Assembly: GCA_041174965.1 (NCBI GenBank)
Contig: JBEDFU010000318.1
Location: 1 to 40,055 of the forward strand
Direction: 5' to 3'
Source of the DNA: Pseudomonadota bacterium
GTDB taxonomy: Bacteria > Pseudomonadota > Gammaproteobacteria > Burkholderiales > Burkholderiaceae_C
Length of the DNA stretch: 40,055 nucleotides
The number at the start of each line of letters is the position of its first letter. Within the stretch, counting starts at the first letter, position 1. This document shows positions 38,929 to 40,055 of the stretch, in pieces. The notes under the pieces are model-generated. The model made no database searches and had not been told where the DNA came from. It saw nothing but the letters and a program-made list of their open reading frames with translations. The position numbers and the translations under genes were made by a program.

Positions 38929-39942
38929 ATGACCATCCTAGACGATCGCGCCAAGTTATTGCTTAAAGCGTTGGTTGAACGCTATATCGCCGATGGCCAG
39001 CCGGTGGGATCGCGCACTTTGTCCAGGGCTTCCGGCCTGGAGCTGTCACCCGCCACCATTCGCAATGTGATGTCCGATTTGGAGGAACTGGGCTTGATTG
39101 CCAGTCCCCACACCTCGGCCGGTCGGGTGCCCACGGCGCGCGGCTACCGCTTGTTTGTCGACACCATGCTGACGGTGCAACGCGAGCAACTCCAAACCCC
39201 GGCCCTGGCGGCCGAGCAACCGCAAAAAGTCATTTTGAATGCGGCGCAGTTGCTGTCCAACTTGTCACATTTCGTGGGTGTGGTGATTGCACCCAGGCGC
39301 ACCTCGGTGTTTCGCCACATTGAATTTTTGCGCTTGTCGGAGCGCCGTTTGCTGCTGATCATCGTCTCGCCAGAGGGTGATGTGCAAAACCGGGTCATCT
39401 TCACCGAGACCGATTACTCTTCGAGCCAACTGGTCGAGGCGGCCAACTTCCTCAACACCCATTTCGCAGGCATGGCCATCGAGCAGGTGCGCGAACGCCT
39501 CAAGAGCGAGGTGGACAAACTGCGCAGCGAAATCGCCACCTTGATGCAAACGGCGGTTGCGGCTGGCTCCGAGGCGATGAGCGACACCACCGCAGAGGTC
39601 ATCATCAGCGGCGAGCGCAACCTGCTGGCGGTGAGCGACTTCTCCAGCGACATGGGCCATTTGCGCCGGGCCTTCGAGCTGTTTGAACAAAAAGCGCAAC
39701 TGATGCGCTTGCTCGACGTGTCTTCCCAAGCCGAGGGGGTGAGCATTTTCATTGGCGGCGAGAGCCAAATCGTGCCCTTTGAAGAACTCTCGGTGGTCAG
39801 CTCGCCGTATGAGGTCAATGGCCAGGTCGTGGGCACATTGGGGGTGATTGGCCCCACCCGCATGCCCTATGAGCGCATGATCCAAATCGTGGACATCACG
39901 TCACGGCTGGTCAGCAATGCCCTCAGCCACCAAAACAAATAA
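38929..39942 (+). CDS. hrcA: Heat-inducible transcriptional repressor HrcA
   Basis: Motifs 'PVGSRTL', '[16 protein letters not shown]', '[16 protein letters not shown]' and '[10 protein letters not shown]'. Confidence 0.96.
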   Translation: MTILDDRAKLLLKALVERYIADGQPVGSRTLSRASGLELSPATIRNVMSDLEELGLIASPHTSAGRVPTARGYRLFVDTMLTVQREQLQTPALAAEQPQKVILNAAQLLSNLSHFVGVVIAPRRTSVFRHIEFLRLSERRLLLIIVSPEGDVQNRVIFTETDYSSSQLVEAANFLNTHFAGMAIEQVRERLKSEVDKLRSEIATLMQTAVAAGSEAMSDTTAEVIISGERNLLAVSDFSSDMGHLRRAFELFEQKAQLMRLLDVSSQAEGVSIFIGGESQIVPFEELSVVSSPYEVNGQVVGTLGVIGPTRMPYERMIQIVDITSRLVSNALSHQNK

Positions 39943-39948
39943 CCATTC

Positions 39949-40055
39949 ATGCGCTGGGCCCTGACGCTAGGCGCAGTGGCGCACCTGATCTTGGCCTGGG
40001 GTGTGGGTCTGTCGGTGGACGAGGCCCATTACGCCTTGTACGCCTACCACTTGGA
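39949..40055 (+). CDS. Partial membrane glycosyltransferase (GT39/ArnT-like), 3' truncated
   Basis: MRWALTLGAVAHLILAWGVGLSVDEAHYALYAYHL...: a TM helix followed by a DEAHY motif. It starts 6 bp after the hrcA stop. Confidence 0.6.
   Translation, partial: MRWALTLGAVAHLILAWGVGLSVDEAHYALYAYHL

Overview
This is a core-chromosome window from a betaproteobacterium. Gene content and order resemble Burkholderiales/Comamonadaceae; that placement is inferred, not searched. It holds about 47 CDS and two tRNAs (Arg-CCT, Gln-TTG), with no transposase, integrase, CRISPR array, prophage or defence gene visible. From left to right the blocks are: a partial cupin dioxygenase beside tRNA-Arg; a MoxR AAA+/small membrane protein/GNAT/VWA operon; an FMN reductase, diheme cytochrome c4, DUF1841, pcaF, fpr and a TauE-type permease; trmL-comF divergent from a BioC-like gene; a complete aa3-type cytochrome c oxidase and assembly cluster; rpoH with a CIRCE element; ftsY divergent from an M16 peptidase pair-rsmD-coaD-phosphatase-ferredoxin; TPR-lolB-ispE-tRNA-Gln-prs-rplY-pth; mutM-mutY; nadK-recN-rapZ; hrcA; and the start of a GT39-like gene. 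I cannot support a clearly novel multi-gene system. The most notable signals are a recurrent leaderless, often bidirectional promoter architecture, an in-frame (Ser-Gly)10 tandem repeat inside heme A synthase, and a CIRCE/HrcA site on rpoH. Also notable are an FNR-like palindrome at the predicted cox start site, a degenerate BioC/NDUFAF5-like gene ahead of the cox operon, an unlisted 38-aa cox ORF, and an uncharacterised MoxR-VWA module.
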